The notes below the pieces were generated by a model. The model was not told the origin of the DNA. It did no database searches and worked only from the letters and a program-made list of their open reading frames with translations. Shown in pieces: positions 39,587 to 49,592 of a stretch of 64,000 bases of DNA. The DNA is from an uncultured bacterium. Its GTDB lineage: Bacteria > Fidelibacterota > Marinisomatia > Marinisomatales > UBA1611. The stretch's first letter is position 1. Each line of letters opens with the position of its first letter. The DNA lies in assembly GCA_913020665.1 (NCBI GenBank), contig CAJVZI010000003.1:6122-70121 (forward strand), in the 5' to 3' direction. The translations under genes were made by a program, and so were the position numbers.

Positions 39587-40549
39587 ATGTCAAAAATTCC
39601 TGAAGATGCTATTCAATGTTTAGATAAAGGTTTTGTACGTCTAGTGGACTCTATGGGAGGCGATGAAGCAATTGTACAAGCAGCCCGTGTCAGCTATGGT
39701 AAAGGGACAACAAAGCTTTCTCAAGATAGAGGTTTGATCCGATATCTTATGCGACATCGACACACGACTCCGTTTGAAATGGTTGAATTTAAATTCCATT
39801 GTAAAATGCCTATATTCGTAGCGCGCCAGTGGGTTAGGCATCGTACAGCAAATATAAATGAGTATTCACTCAGATACTCAGAAGCCCGGGATGAATTTTA
39901 TTATCCAGATCCAGAGCATATCCAATTTCAGTCTGCATTAAATAAGCAGGGTAGGATGGGAGATGTCCCAGATGATCTAAAGAAAAAGGTCCAAGATTAT
40001 TTCAAAGAGATATCCAATAGGAGTTTTGAAATCTATTCTGAATTAAATACCGCCGGTGTTTCACGAGAATTAGCCCGTGCTATTTTACCGGTGAACCTAT
40101 ACACAGAATGGTACTGGAAGAATGATCTACATAACCTCCTTCACTTTGTAGGACTTCGATCTGATAGCCATGCTCAGTATGAGATACGTGTTTTTTCAGA
40201 TGCTATGGCAGAGTCTGTTAAAGCCGTAGCCCCATTTGCCTGGGAAGCCTATCAAGATTATGCGGTTAGTGGTCTACGATTTTCTAAGATCGAGCAAGGT
40301 CTACTTGAGCAAAATTTACCAGAGAGAGTGATTGATGATATAATAGAAGATGTTGTATACCAGATCACGGCAACCCTTCATCATAATAAACCACGCCAAG
40401 AAAATGAGATATACCCCCTTTATCAAAAGCAGAATGGAACTGATTCTGAAGCAGATTTCAAATTAAAATGGGATTCAGGCGAGATCAAGACTGGTAATGT
40501 CCGGGAACTTCGTGAGTTCAAGGAAAAGCTACTTTCCCTAAAAAAATAA
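39587..40549 (+). CDS. thyX: FAD-dependent thymidylate synthase ThyX with about 90-aa C-terminal extension
   Basis: It shows the ThyX motif RHRTANINEYSLRYS and RHRHTTPFEMVEFKFH. Confidence 0.9.
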   Translation: MSKIPEDAIQCLDKGFVRLVDSMGGDEAIVQAARVSYGKGTTKLSQDRGLIRYLMRHRHTTPFEMVEFKFHCKMPIFVARQWVRHRTANINEYSLRYSEARDEFYYPDPEHIQFQSALNKQGRMGDVPDDLKKKVQDYFKEISNRSFEIYSELNTAGVSRELARAILPVNLYTEWYWKNDLHNLLHFVGLRSDSHAQYEIRVFSDAMAESVKAVAPFAWEAYQDYAVSGLRFSKIEQGLLEQNLPERVIDDIIEDVVYQITATLHHNKPRQENEIYPLYQKQNGTDSEADFKLKWDSGEIKTGNVRELREFKEKLLSLKK

Positions 40550-40575
40550 GATGACTTCATCGGATTAATCTGACC

Positions 40576-42789
40576 ATGTCTTTATTCAATAGGGCAGAGG
40601 TTATTGATCAAAACTTTACTCAATGGGTAGACTCAGGAGATTTTCCTCAGTCCAAATCAAATTCTTCTTTATCAAGATCTAATATTAAAAAGACAGATCT
40701 GGTATCTATATTTGAATCACAGGTATTAAGTCGCCATATGGATATAAAAGCTCGGCTTTTGAAGGATGAAGGAAAATGTTACTATACCATAGGTAGTTCG
40801 GGGCATGAAGGCAATGCGGTATTCGGACATGTTTTTTCATATAATGACATAGCTTTCCTGCATTATAGAAGCGGACCATTTTTTTTACAACGTTCTAAGC
40901 AAATACCAGATTCAACTCCGATCTTTGATATGGCACTCTCTTTCATGGCCTCTTCAGAAGACCCTATAAGCGGAGGTAGACATAAAGTACTGGGAAGCGA
41001 AGTTCTCAATATACCTCCTCAGACGAGCACGATTGCCAGCCATTTACCAAAAGCGGTTGGAACTGCATTCTCAATAGATCGCGCTAAAGATCTTGACATA
41101 ATTGAAAGAAAATTGAATAAGGATAGTATTGTCCTATGCAGTTTTGGAGATGCAAGCGTCAATCATGCAACTGCTCTATCAGCATTCAACACAGCCACAT
41201 GGATATCTACTCAAGGAGGTCATGTCCCTATCATATTTATATGTGAAGACAATGGAACAGGAATTTCTGTTCCTACAGATGAAAATTGGATCGAGAAGAA
41301 TTTCAATGATCGTTATGGCATGGAATATATCCAGGCAAATGGATTAGACATTTTAGATCTAATTGAAAAAGCAATCAAAGCGGATAAGATCTGCAGATTA
41401 AATAGAGTCCCTGTTTTCTTGCACATGAGAACTGTGAGGCTCATGGGACATGCAGGTTCAGATATCGAAGTAGGATATAGATCAATTCAAAAAATAGAAG
41501 AGTCAGAGAGAAATGACCCATTGGTTCATTCCGCACGTATTTTAATTGAAAATAACTGTTTATCTAAAGATGAGATAATCAAATATTATGAATCTGCTAG
41601 AGAGCAGATATCTCATGTATTTGATTCAGTGACCTCAAGACCAAAAATCCAATTGGCTTCTGAGGTAATGTCAACTATCACAGCTAGTAACCTCGATCGC
41701 CCTGCGCTTAAATATTGTTCCACCCAAAAACGTAAGCAGATATTTGGGAAAGAATTTGAACGTATGAAAAACCCACAGCATATGGCAAAATTGATCAATT
41801 ATGCCTTATCAGACATTCTATTGCATTATCCCAATACAATGGTTTTTGGAGAAGATGTTGCACAAAAAGGCGGTGTCTATCATGTTACTGCGGATCTTTA
41901 TAAACAGTTTGGTGTGCGCAAGGTCTTTAATAGCCCGTTAGATGAGACCTCTATTATTGGTTTTGGTATCGGTCTTGCTCATAATGGATTTATTCCAATT
42001 CCAGAGATCCAATTTTTAGCATATCTCCATAATGCAGAAGATCAGCTAAGAGGAGAAGCTGCCACACTTCCATTTTTTTCTGAAGGACGTTTTACTAATC
42101 CAATGGTACTGAGAGTCCCTGGCCTGGCATATCAAAAAGGGTTTGGTGGACATTTTCATAATGATAATTCACTCACGATATTTAGGGATATTCCTGGTCT
42201 TATTTTAGCAGTACCATCTAATGGTGCTGATGCTGTTGGGATGTTAAGAACTGCGGTCAGGGAAGCTTATTATAATGGTCGTATAGTTGTCTTTATAGAA
42301 CCAATAGCATTATACATGACCAAAGATCTTTTTAATGCAAAAGATGGGAAATGGGCATTTGAATATCCGGATATAAAAGAGGAAATACCCATAGGTGAAT
42401 TCAAAACTTATGGGGGTGGTAATACCCTTACGATCATTACATATGGTAATGGGTTGTATTTGTCATTGCAAGCCCAGAAAGAGATCGAGAAAAAGATAAA
42501 GAAAAAGATCAGAGTGATTGATCTAAGATGGCTATCATCAATAAATATTCAAGGACTTTTGGATTCTATTAGAAATTGCAAAAATGTTTTGATCGTAGAC
42601 GAGTGTAGAAGAACAGGGTGCCATGGTGAGAACATTTTTTATCAGTTGAAGACACTATCTGATAAGGAGATCAAAATAAAGCTTCATGCTGCAGAAGATA
42701 GCTTTATTCCACTTGGTGTTGCTGCAACAGCGACCCTTCCAAGTAAAGACTCGATCATTGAAAATTCCATGGCAATGATAAATGAATAA
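40576..42789 (+). CDS. fused alpha/beta E1 component of a TPP-dependent 2-oxoacid dehydrogenase
   Basis: The N-terminal half is E1-alpha-like (GSSGHEGNA, GDASVNHA ... ICEDNGTGIS). The C-terminal half is E1-beta-like (VFGEDVAQKGGVYHVT, FNSPLDETSIIGFGIG). Confidence 0.8.
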   Translation: MSLFNRAEVIDQNFTQWVDSGDFPQSKSNSSLSRSNIKKTDLVSIFESQVLSRHMDIKARLLKDEGKCYYTIGSSGHEGNAVFGHVFSYNDIAFLHYRSGPFFLQRSKQIPDSTPIFDMALSFMASSEDPISGGRHKVLGSEVLNIPPQTSTIASHLPKAVGTAFSIDRAKDLDIIERKLNKDSIVLCSFGDASVNHATALSAFNTATWISTQGGHVPIIFICEDNGTGISVPTDENWIEKNFNDRYGMEYIQANGLDILDLIEKAIKADKICRLNRVPVFLHMRTVRLMGHAGSDIEVGYRSIQKIEESERNDPLVHSARILIENNCLSKDEIIKYYESAREQISHVFDSVTSRPKIQLASEVMSTITASNLDRPALKYCSTQKRKQIFGKEFERMKNPQHMAKLINYALSDILLHYPNTMVFGEDVAQKGGVYHVTADLYKQFGVRKVFNSPLDETSIIGFGIGLAHNGFIPIPEIQFLAYLHNAEDQLRGEAATLPFFSEGRFTNPMVLRVPGLAYQKGFGGHFHNDNSLTIFRDIPGLILAVPSNGADAVGMLRTAVREAYYNGRIVVFIEPIALYMTKDLFNAKDGKWAFEYPDIKEEIPIGEFKTYGGGNTLTIITYGNGLYLSLQAQKEIEKKIKKKIRVIDLRWLSSINIQGLLDSIRNCKNVLIVDECRRTGCHGENIFYQLKTLSDKEIKIKLHAAEDSFIPLGVAATATLPSKDSIIENSMAMINE

Positions 42790-43792
42790 AAAAAGAGTTA
42801 TAGTGGTTTGTCCAGGGCGTGGTTCATACACAAGAGAAACCAAAGGATATGTATCAGAGTTTGGCGGCCCAGCACAAGAATATATTAAATGGATGGATGA
42901 TCAACGTGTAAATGATAACTGCGAGCCATTAACTAAGCTGGACTCTATGCCATTTAGATCAAAGACGCATATGACTGGAGAAAATGCATCCCCATTAATA
43001 TATGCGTGTAGCCTATCTGATTTTTTATCTATAGACCAAACTAAATATGATATTGTAGCAATAACTGGCAACTCAATGGGCTGGTATACTGCACTTTCAT
43101 TATCTGGATCCATTTCATTAAAAAATGGTTATCATTTGATTCAGACCATGGGGTCTATGATGAAAGAAAAACTAATAGGTGGACAGATCATATATCCATT
43201 ATTAGATGAAAACTGGGAATTAGATGCCAAAATAAATAGTTTGGTCTTGGATGAGATAAAAAATTCAGATGCTCACATTTCAATAACATTAGGGGGATAT
43301 TTGGTAATTGGTGGAACGCAGAGATCATTAGATATTTTATTAAAAAAACTTCCTAAGAATGATAATTATCCATTACAACTTCCCTTCCATGCGGCATTTC
43401 ACACTCCATTACTTAGCGAAGTATCAAAAAAGGCACTTGACCTTATAGATCATACAATCTTTGAAAAACCAAAAATACCATTGATTGATGGACGTGGTAA
43501 GGTCTGGTCTACTATCAGCACAGATATTGAAGAATTAATGGACTATACCCTTAGGCATCAGGTTATAGAAACATATGATTTTACATCATCTATCACCGTA
43601 GCGATCAAAGAATACTGCCCAGATTTGATCATTTTACTAGGGCCTGGAAATTCTTTAGGTGCTCCTGTCGGTCAGATCTTAACGAAGAACAAATGGATTG
43701 GGATGAATTCTAAAAAAGATTTTATTGACCTACAGGCTACTGACCCATTTATTTTATCTATGGGCCTTAAGGAACAGAGAGTAATTATTTAA
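42782..43792 (+). CDS. acyltransferase-domain protein (divergent malonyl-CoA:ACP transacylase-like)
   Basis: It shows VVCPGRGSY, the nucleophile-elbow motif ITGNSMGWYTAL and AAFHTPLL. Confidence 0.6.
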   Translation: MNKKRVIVVCPGRGSYTRETKGYVSEFGGPAQEYIKWMDDQRVNDNCEPLTKLDSMPFRSKTHMTGENASPLIYACSLSDFLSIDQTKYDIVAITGNSMGWYTALSLSGSISLKNGYHLIQTMGSMMKEKLIGGQIIYPLLDENWELDAKINSLVLDEIKNSDAHISITLGGYLVIGGTQRSLDILLKKLPKNDNYPLQLPFHAAFHTPLLSEVSKKALDLIDHTIFEKPKIPLIDGRGKVWSTISTDIEELMDYTLRHQVIETYDFTSSITVAIKEYCPDLIILLGPGNSLGAPVGQILTKNKWIGMNSKKDFIDLQATDPFILSMGLKEQRVII

Positions 43793-43872
43793 TTATTATT
43801 TATGAAAGAATTAAACCACCCTTATTCAACTAGATTTATATCTTAATTTCAAGGTATATATTAGGATTAATT

Positions 43873-45045
43873 ATGAAATTATTTGGACCTGACTTTTATA
43901 ATATAACTGAATTGTTAACAGAAGAAGAACTTATGATTCAGCGGACTGCCTATGAATTTGTTCAGGCCGAATTCATGCCTCTGGTCCATGAGCATTATGA
44001 GAAGGGGACATTCCCTATGGAGTTAGCTACTAAATTGGGTGAATTGGGTTTTATGGGTTCATCTCTACCAGAAGAATCTGGTGGCTCAGGTGTAAGTAAC
44101 GTAGCCTACGGTCTTATTCTTCATGAACTTGAAAGAGGGGACTCAGGTCTGAGGTCATTTGCTAGTGTACAAGGAGCTCTTGTTATGTATCCGATACACG
44201 CTTATGGATCCCAAGAACAAAGATCAAAGTGGCTGCCCGGTCTGGGAGCAGGTACAAAAATAGGATGCTTTGGACTAACTGAACCTAATTTTGGTTCAAA
44301 CCCTGGAGGTATGACAACCCGTTGTAAAAGAGATGGTGATGATTGGATCATTAATGGTAATAAAATGTGGATCACTAATGGTTCTCTAGCAGATGTCGCT
44401 GTGGTTTGGGCGAGAGATGATGAAGGTATAATTAGAGGCTTTTTACTTGAGAAAGGCATGGAAGGATTTACGTCAAGCGATATCCATGGAAAATTAAGTT
44501 TGAGAGCATCAATTACGTCAGAGCTATCAATGTCTGATGTCCGCGTGCCAGATTCATCAAGGCTACCAAATATTGAAGGTCTCAAAGGACCACTTGGTTG
44601 TTTGACCCAAGCACGGTACGGGATTGCATGGGGAATGATAGGAGCAGCAGTAGACTGTTACAATACAGCTCTAGATTATTCAAAAGAGCGAAAACAATTT
44701 TCTAAGCCAATTGCTGGTTATCAATTAACCCAGGCAAAGTTTGCTGAAATGATCACTCGAATCACAGAAGCACAACTTATGGTATATCGTTTAGGTCGCT
44801 TAAAAGATGAGGGATCAATGAATTTCCAGCAAGTCTCAATGGCAAAAAGAAATAATTGTGATATGGCGCGTGATATTGCAAAGATGGCTAGGGAAATATT
44901 AGGTGCAAATGGCGTAACGGAAGATTATTCTCCCATAAGGCATATGGCAAATATTGAATCTGTATATACTTATGAAGGGACTCATGAAATGCATACATTG
45001 ATATTGGGTCAAGATGTCACTGGCATAGCAGCATTTGATTCCTAG
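43873..45045 (+). CDS. gcdH: acyl-CoA dehydrogenase, glutaryl-CoA dehydrogenase-like
   Basis: It shows GCFGLTEPNFGSNPGGMTT, WITNGSLADVAVVWA and YTYEGTHEMHTLILG. Confidence 0.85.
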   Translation: MKLFGPDFYNITELLTEEELMIQRTAYEFVQAEFMPLVHEHYEKGTFPMELATKLGELGFMGSSLPEESGGSGVSNVAYGLILHELERGDSGLRSFASVQGALVMYPIHAYGSQEQRSKWLPGLGAGTKIGCFGLTEPNFGSNPGGMTTRCKRDGDDWIINGNKMWITNGSLADVAVVWARDDEGIIRGFLLEKGMEGFTSSDIHGKLSLRASITSELSMSDVRVPDSSRLPNIEGLKGPLGCLTQARYGIAWGMIGAAVDCYNTALDYSKERKQFSKPIAGYQLTQAKFAEMITRITEAQLMVYRLGRLKDEGSMNFQQVSMAKRNNCDMARDIAKMAREILGANGVTEDYSPIRHMANIESVYTYEGTHEMHTLILGQDVTGIAAFDS

Positions 45046-45082
45046 ATAATTTATAAAATACTCAACTTCTCTATTTAATTAG

Positions 45083-46246
45083 ATGTTCTTTGTTGTTGCC
45101 TTAATTATTCTTTGGGTCATACATGGATATGTTGCCTGGCGAGTTGTACCTACCTTTGGATTGCCTTCTAGTTATTCTATATTGGCCTATTCTTTTATTT
45201 TCATTCTTAGCATTCTTCCAATAGTTCCTATTCTGCTTAGGGTCAGTGGTAGTGAAGCAAAGATCATTGATAGGTTATCTCTTTTGGGTTACACAAGCTT
45301 AGGCTTTTTTACATTGTCATTTCTTATTTTTTTAGCTAAAGATATTTTTATTCAAGCTATATCTATTTTTGATGGATTAATAAATGGTGCCCAGGCTGTT
45401 GATGAGTCCAAAAGAGATTTTTTGAAAGGTTCATTATCAATTGGTCTATTAGGGATCACAGGCACTGCGAGTACCTATGGGTATTATTCTGCTAGGAGTG
45501 GTCCTAAAGTTTTACATCAAGATATATTTTTAGAATTTCTACCAGATGAATTCGAAAACTTCACTATAGCTCAGATCTCAGACCTACATGTAGGATCAAC
45601 AATTAAAAGACCGTATGTTGAGAAGGTCCTTAGTATGATCGGCCATCTAAATCCAGACCTTATTGCGGTAACAGGAGATCTTGTAGATGGGTCTGTAGCT
45701 TATCTCCGTGAAGATGTTGAACCTCTAAAAAATATGATTGCTAATTACGGGACGTATTTTGTTACAGGAAATCATGAGTATTATAGCGGGGTTGATCAGT
45801 GGCTCGATGAGACAAGTAGGTTGGGTATGACTAACTTGATAAATGAAAATAGGATCATATCCAAAGAAGGTCAACAAATTGCTATTGCAGGTATCACTGA
45901 TTTTAGAGCGCACCAGATCAAACCTGAACATATATCAGATCCTAAAAAAGCAATCGATTCAGTATCTGATAATATGATAAAGATCATGCTAGCCCATCAA
46001 CCTAATAGTATACATGCTGTACATGATGCAGGCGTAGACCTTCAATTATCAGGGCATACACATGGTGGCCAATTCTGGCCATTAACCTATCCAACAAAAC
46101 TTGCAAATGCTTACCTCGCAGGGTACTATGATCATTTTGGCACACAGATATATGTTAATCGTGGCACAGGATATTGGGGACCACCATTACGAATAGGTGT
46201 TCCATCTGAGATCACGGTTTTCCGATTAAAGAAGAAAGTGCTTTAA
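45083..46246 (+). CDS. membrane-anchored metallophosphoesterase (YkuE-like)
   Basis: It has N-terminal TM helices followed by the DLHVGS, GDLVDG, GNHEY and GHTHGGQ motifs. Confidence 0.85.
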   Translation: MFFVVALIILWVIHGYVAWRVVPTFGLPSSYSILAYSFIFILSILPIVPILLRVSGSEAKIIDRLSLLGYTSLGFFTLSFLIFLAKDIFIQAISIFDGLINGAQAVDESKRDFLKGSLSIGLLGITGTASTYGYYSARSGPKVLHQDIFLEFLPDEFENFTIAQISDLHVGSTIKRPYVEKVLSMIGHLNPDLIAVTGDLVDGSVAYLREDVEPLKNMIANYGTYFVTGNHEYYSGVDQWLDETSRLGMTNLINENRIISKEGQQIAIAGITDFRAHQIKPEHISDPKKAIDSVSDNMIKIMLAHQPNSIHAVHDAGVDLQLSGHTHGGQFWPLTYPTKLANAYLAGYYDHFGTQIYVNRGTGYWGPPLRIGVPSEITVFRLKKKVL

Positions 46247-46338
46247 TGATATTATAGATATAACTTGTCAATAATTATTCTATTAGAAACGAATTTCTAA
46301 TACTATTTATTTACAATAATTTTCTAAGTAGGTATCAA

Positions 46339-47292
46339 ATGAAAAGACGAAAATTTTTAATGGCAGGTTTAGCCAGTGCGGCATCTCCCATGATATTTGC
46401 AAGATCAAAAATGTTAAAAAACAATAAAAATAATCCTATAATACTTTCCACTTGGAATTTTGGATTACCCGCAAATGAAGTTGCTAGCAAGGTTTTGTCT
46501 GAAGGTGGTAATGCAATGGATGCAGCGGAAGCAGGAGCTAGACATGCTGAATCTGATGAAGAAAATAACTCGGTTGGTTATGGTGGACTTCCTGATGAGA
46601 ATGGAAATGTTACCCTTGATGCTTGTGTAATGGATTCAAGTGGGAATGCAGGTTCTGTTGCTTTTATCCAAAATATAAAACATCCTGTATCTGTTGCTCG
46701 AAAGGTAATGGAAGAAACAAAACATGTTATGCTTGTAGGCGAAGGTGCCCGACAGTTTGCAATTTCAAAAGGCTTTCAAGAAATAGATCTGTTAACTGAA
46801 AAATCTGAAAAAGAGTGGAAAAAGTGGTTAAAAGAAAGAAGGGAAATGACACCGCATGAAACTCACGATACTATATCTGTTTTAGTTCAAGATAGCAATG
46901 GCGATCTAGCAGGAGCATGCACAACGAGCGGTTGGGCCTATAAAATGCATGGTAGAGTTGGTGATAGTCCAATTATAGGCGCTGGACTATTTGTAGATAA
47001 TGAAGTTGGTGGTGCAGCAGCTACAGGCCTTGGTGAAGAAGTGATAAAGACAACAGGAAGCTTTCTTGTGGTTGAATTAATGCGTCAAGGTTATAGCCCT
47101 AAAGAAGCATGTGCTGAAGCATTAAATAGAGTGATCAAAGCACATAATGGTAATCCAGATTTTCAAATTGGATATATTGCTCTTAGAAAAGATGGAAAAG
47201 AAGGTGCAGCCTGTTTAAAATGGTCTTTTGATTATGCTCTTGCCAAAAATGGTAAAAATAAATTATATACTATTAAAGGAATGTTGGAATAA
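46339..47292 (+). CDS. N4-(beta-N-acetylglucosaminyl)-L-asparaginase / isoaspartyl peptidase (Ntn hydrolase), Tat/Sec exported
   Basis: It has the leader KRRKFLMAGLASAASP and shows HDTISVLVQD ... CTTSGWAYKMHGRVGDSPIIGAGLFVD. Confidence 0.8.
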   Translation: MKRRKFLMAGLASAASPMIFARSKMLKNNKNNPIILSTWNFGLPANEVASKVLSEGGNAMDAAEAGARHAESDEENNSVGYGGLPDENGNVTLDACVMDSSGNAGSVAFIQNIKHPVSVARKVMEETKHVMLVGEGARQFAISKGFQEIDLLTEKSEKEWKKWLKERREMTPHETHDTISVLVQDSNGDLAGACTTSGWAYKMHGRVGDSPIIGAGLFVDNEVGGAAATGLGEEVIKTTGSFLVVELMRQGYSPKEACAEALNRVIKAHNGNPDFQIGYIALRKDGKEGAACLKWSFDYALAKNGKNKLYTIKGMLE

Positions 47293-47312
47293 GCTCCAAA
47301 ATTTTTGCATCT

Positions 47313-48146
47313 TTAATTTATAAATGATGAATTCAATTTTGGGGTGGATTCTTTTTTATCTATCAATTCAACTATAGTATCCCATAACTGCATCCTGTAT
47401 TGGATAGATTCTTTGGCTACAGATAAGGCCTCGTCCCATTTCTTCATATTTTTTCCACATAATTCTTCCATCATTTGCAGAGCTAATGGACCATGTAGGT
47501 CCCCATCAATTTCAATATGTCTTCCCAAATAATATTTTAATTTATTGAAATGAACGTTTTTCGGATCGATCTTCGCTAATATTTTAATGAACATGTCGGG
47601 TATAATATCCTCGCGACCAAATGTAAATGCGGATCCTATCGCATGTGGTCTTTTTGTATTTATAATACTGAATGTGAATCCCATGAATTCTTTTACTCTC
47701 TTATCTACATTGATTTTATTTATGCAAACTTCGATACCATGTCCTGATTGGATCAGGTCTATAAGGGTATCGATCTGGTTTCTATTAGCCCCTATTTGCT
47801 CCATAGCATCTAAATACATTTCAAAATGACTTTTTGGTTGCTCTAATTCATTGATATCACTTTCTTCTCCATAAACGATCTCATTTATAAAGCGCGTGAT
47901 AACAGGGTTACTATTTGGTGTCCATGGTATTGATACATTTGTTAATTCTAACTGCAATGCTTTCAGTAGTGACATAAAATCCCATACTGCAAAAACATGG
48001 TTTTCCATAAATATTTGTATATGCCTTATCGATCTTAACGATTGATATACTTTATGTTTATTTAACTTTTCTATGAAAGGACTTAGTTCACTGTTTAGAT
48101 CAATATAAGATGAGCTATGTCTATTTGATTCTTTATTAGGGTGCAT
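47313..48146 (-). CDS. DUF3050 family protein (heme-oxygenase-like fold)
   Basis: The segment [35 protein letters not shown] matches my recollection of DUF3050. Confidence 0.65.
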   Translation of the reverse strand: MHPNKESNRHSSSYIDLNSELSPFIEKLNKHKVYQSLRSIRHIQIFMENHVFAVWDFMSLLKALQLELTNVSIPWTPNSNPVITRFINEIVYGEESDINELEQPKSHFEMYLDAMEQIGANRNQIDTLIDLIQSGHGIEVCINKINVDKRVKEFMGFTFSIINTKRPHAIGSAFTFGREDIIPDMFIKILAKIDPKNVHFNKLKYYLGRHIEIDGDLHGPLALQMMEELCGKNMKKWDEALSVAKESIQYRMQLWDTIVELIDKKESTPKLNSSFIN

Positions 48147-48207
48147 ATTTAAATTTTATAAATAATGATTTTTGGATTTTAAAGAATAATCCAGATATAT
48201 GACTATT

Positions 48208-49584
48208 TTACCAGTCCAAAATTATATTTGATAATAATAGTAAGTCAAAAACATCAATATATGTATCAAAATTAATATCTGCTCTATTGAATTGATCTTG
48301 TTCTAGTTCAGTCACTCCTATGATATGATCAATGATCGCTAACATATCATATACTGAAATGACCCCATCTTGATCTATGTCTCCGGGGAGGCGCTGATAT
48401 TCATCTACAACTTTTATCACCTCTCGCAACGTTATCTCTGCGGCTTGCCGCACTGTATCCCAATCGATCAATCCACCTACATGCACGTGTCCAGCTACTA
48501 CACAAGGGATATTTACAGAATCCATTTTTGCTTTATGCCAAACTCCATGATATCCCATAAACTCAGATAAATACATTCCAGCACCTTGCGTGTAATCAAT
48601 ATATGGAGTGAGCCCTAGTCCAGAAGATTCTATTTTTGAGACTATACTATCCATAGGCAGACTTGAATATCTTCGAGTATTTGTTGGAACAGTAGAGTCA
48701 GGAGGGGTGGGAGTTGGATAAAATGGTTCTGTAAAGTCAGCAGTCCAATAAAAATAGTTAAAATATTGCCACTCTAATTCCCAACTATGATCAATATAAC
48801 CACGACTAAATGTTATAATTGCTATAGGGTTTATGCTGTCAACAATATTCCACCAGTCTTCAGATGTATCTTGATAATCCACTTCTAGATCACCATATCC
48901 TTGTCCGCAGGATTGGCAATCAGGATCTGTAAAAATTGGGAAATAGGAAACGATGTCAAAGCCTCTATTCTCCCAGTTCCCTCCAATCCAACCTTCAGGA
49001 TTTAGTAAATGATTTTGGCTAAATGGCCTTATCGCTTCATTAGAAGGAGGCCAATATCCTGTTAATAGTATTTTGTTATTCGGTTCTCTATAAATGTTCC
49101 TTCGAATAATTTTAGAATCAGGAACTTTCATTTTTTTTGGATGAATAATAGAGCTCAAATGATTTTTTGGTGTTGTAGATCTAGATATAGATAATTCAAT
49201 AAGAATATTTTTTGTTTTCATTTGTCCAGTAATAATTTGACTATTATTCAAAAAGCTATTTTTTGTATAAGGCCCTACCCATCCGTTATTATTCAAATCA
49301 ATGAAATAAAGTGTTGAACTTTTATGAAAGATAGAATCCAATAAAATAAAATGAATAGGTTCACCTCTATCAAGTTCAAACTCTAAATAATATATGTCAT
49401 TATCTGCTTCTGCAACTGGATTGGTCTGGTCAAATAAACTGGTATCAAATACGTTTGGTATATCAGTAGTTATTTTTTTAATTGGTTCATTTAATTCAAT
49501 GTTGAAATAGCGAGGTAAGCCATATGGAATTTCTTGGGCCTGCATCATACATAATGTAAAAAGAATGAAGATACTACGAAGCAT
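48208..49584 (-). CDS. secreted protein with C-terminal 58-aa dockerin-like module; central region weakly peptidase-C15-like
   Basis: It has a signal peptide. The central ILLTGYWPPSNE segment resembles the pyroglutamyl-peptidase start. The tail is GDIDQDGVISVYDMLAIID ... RADINFDTYIDVFDLLLL. Confidence 0.55.
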   Translation of the reverse strand: MLRSIFILFTLCMMQAQEIPYGLPRYFNIELNEPIKKITTDIPNVFDTSLFDQTNPVAEADNDIYYLEFELDRGEPIHFILLDSIFHKSSTLYFIDLNNNGWVGPYTKNSFLNNSQIITGQMKTKNILIELSISRSTTPKNHLSSIIHPKKMKVPDSKIIRRNIYREPNNKILLTGYWPPSNEAIRPFSQNHLLNPEGWIGGNWENRGFDIVSYFPIFTDPDCQSCGQGYGDLEVDYQDTSEDWWNIVDSINPIAIITFSRGYIDHSWELEWQYFNYFYWTADFTEPFYPTPTPPDSTVPTNTRRYSSLPMDSIVSKIESSGLGLTPYIDYTQGAGMYLSEFMGYHGVWHKAKMDSVNIPCVVAGHVHVGGLIDWDTVRQAAEITLREVIKVVDEYQRLPGDIDQDGVISVYDMLAIIDHIIGVTELEQDQFNRADINFDTYIDVFDLLLLSNIILDW

Positions 49585-49592
49585 AAATAAAC

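Noticed and set aside
46282-46301. An 8-bp inverted repeat ATTAGAAA-CGAA-TTTCTAAT between the metallophosphoesterase and glycosylasparaginase genes.
   Set aside because: The repeat is real but almost pure A/T in an AT-rich spacer. It could be a weak terminator, an operator or chance. There is no second copy or other supporting context in the window.
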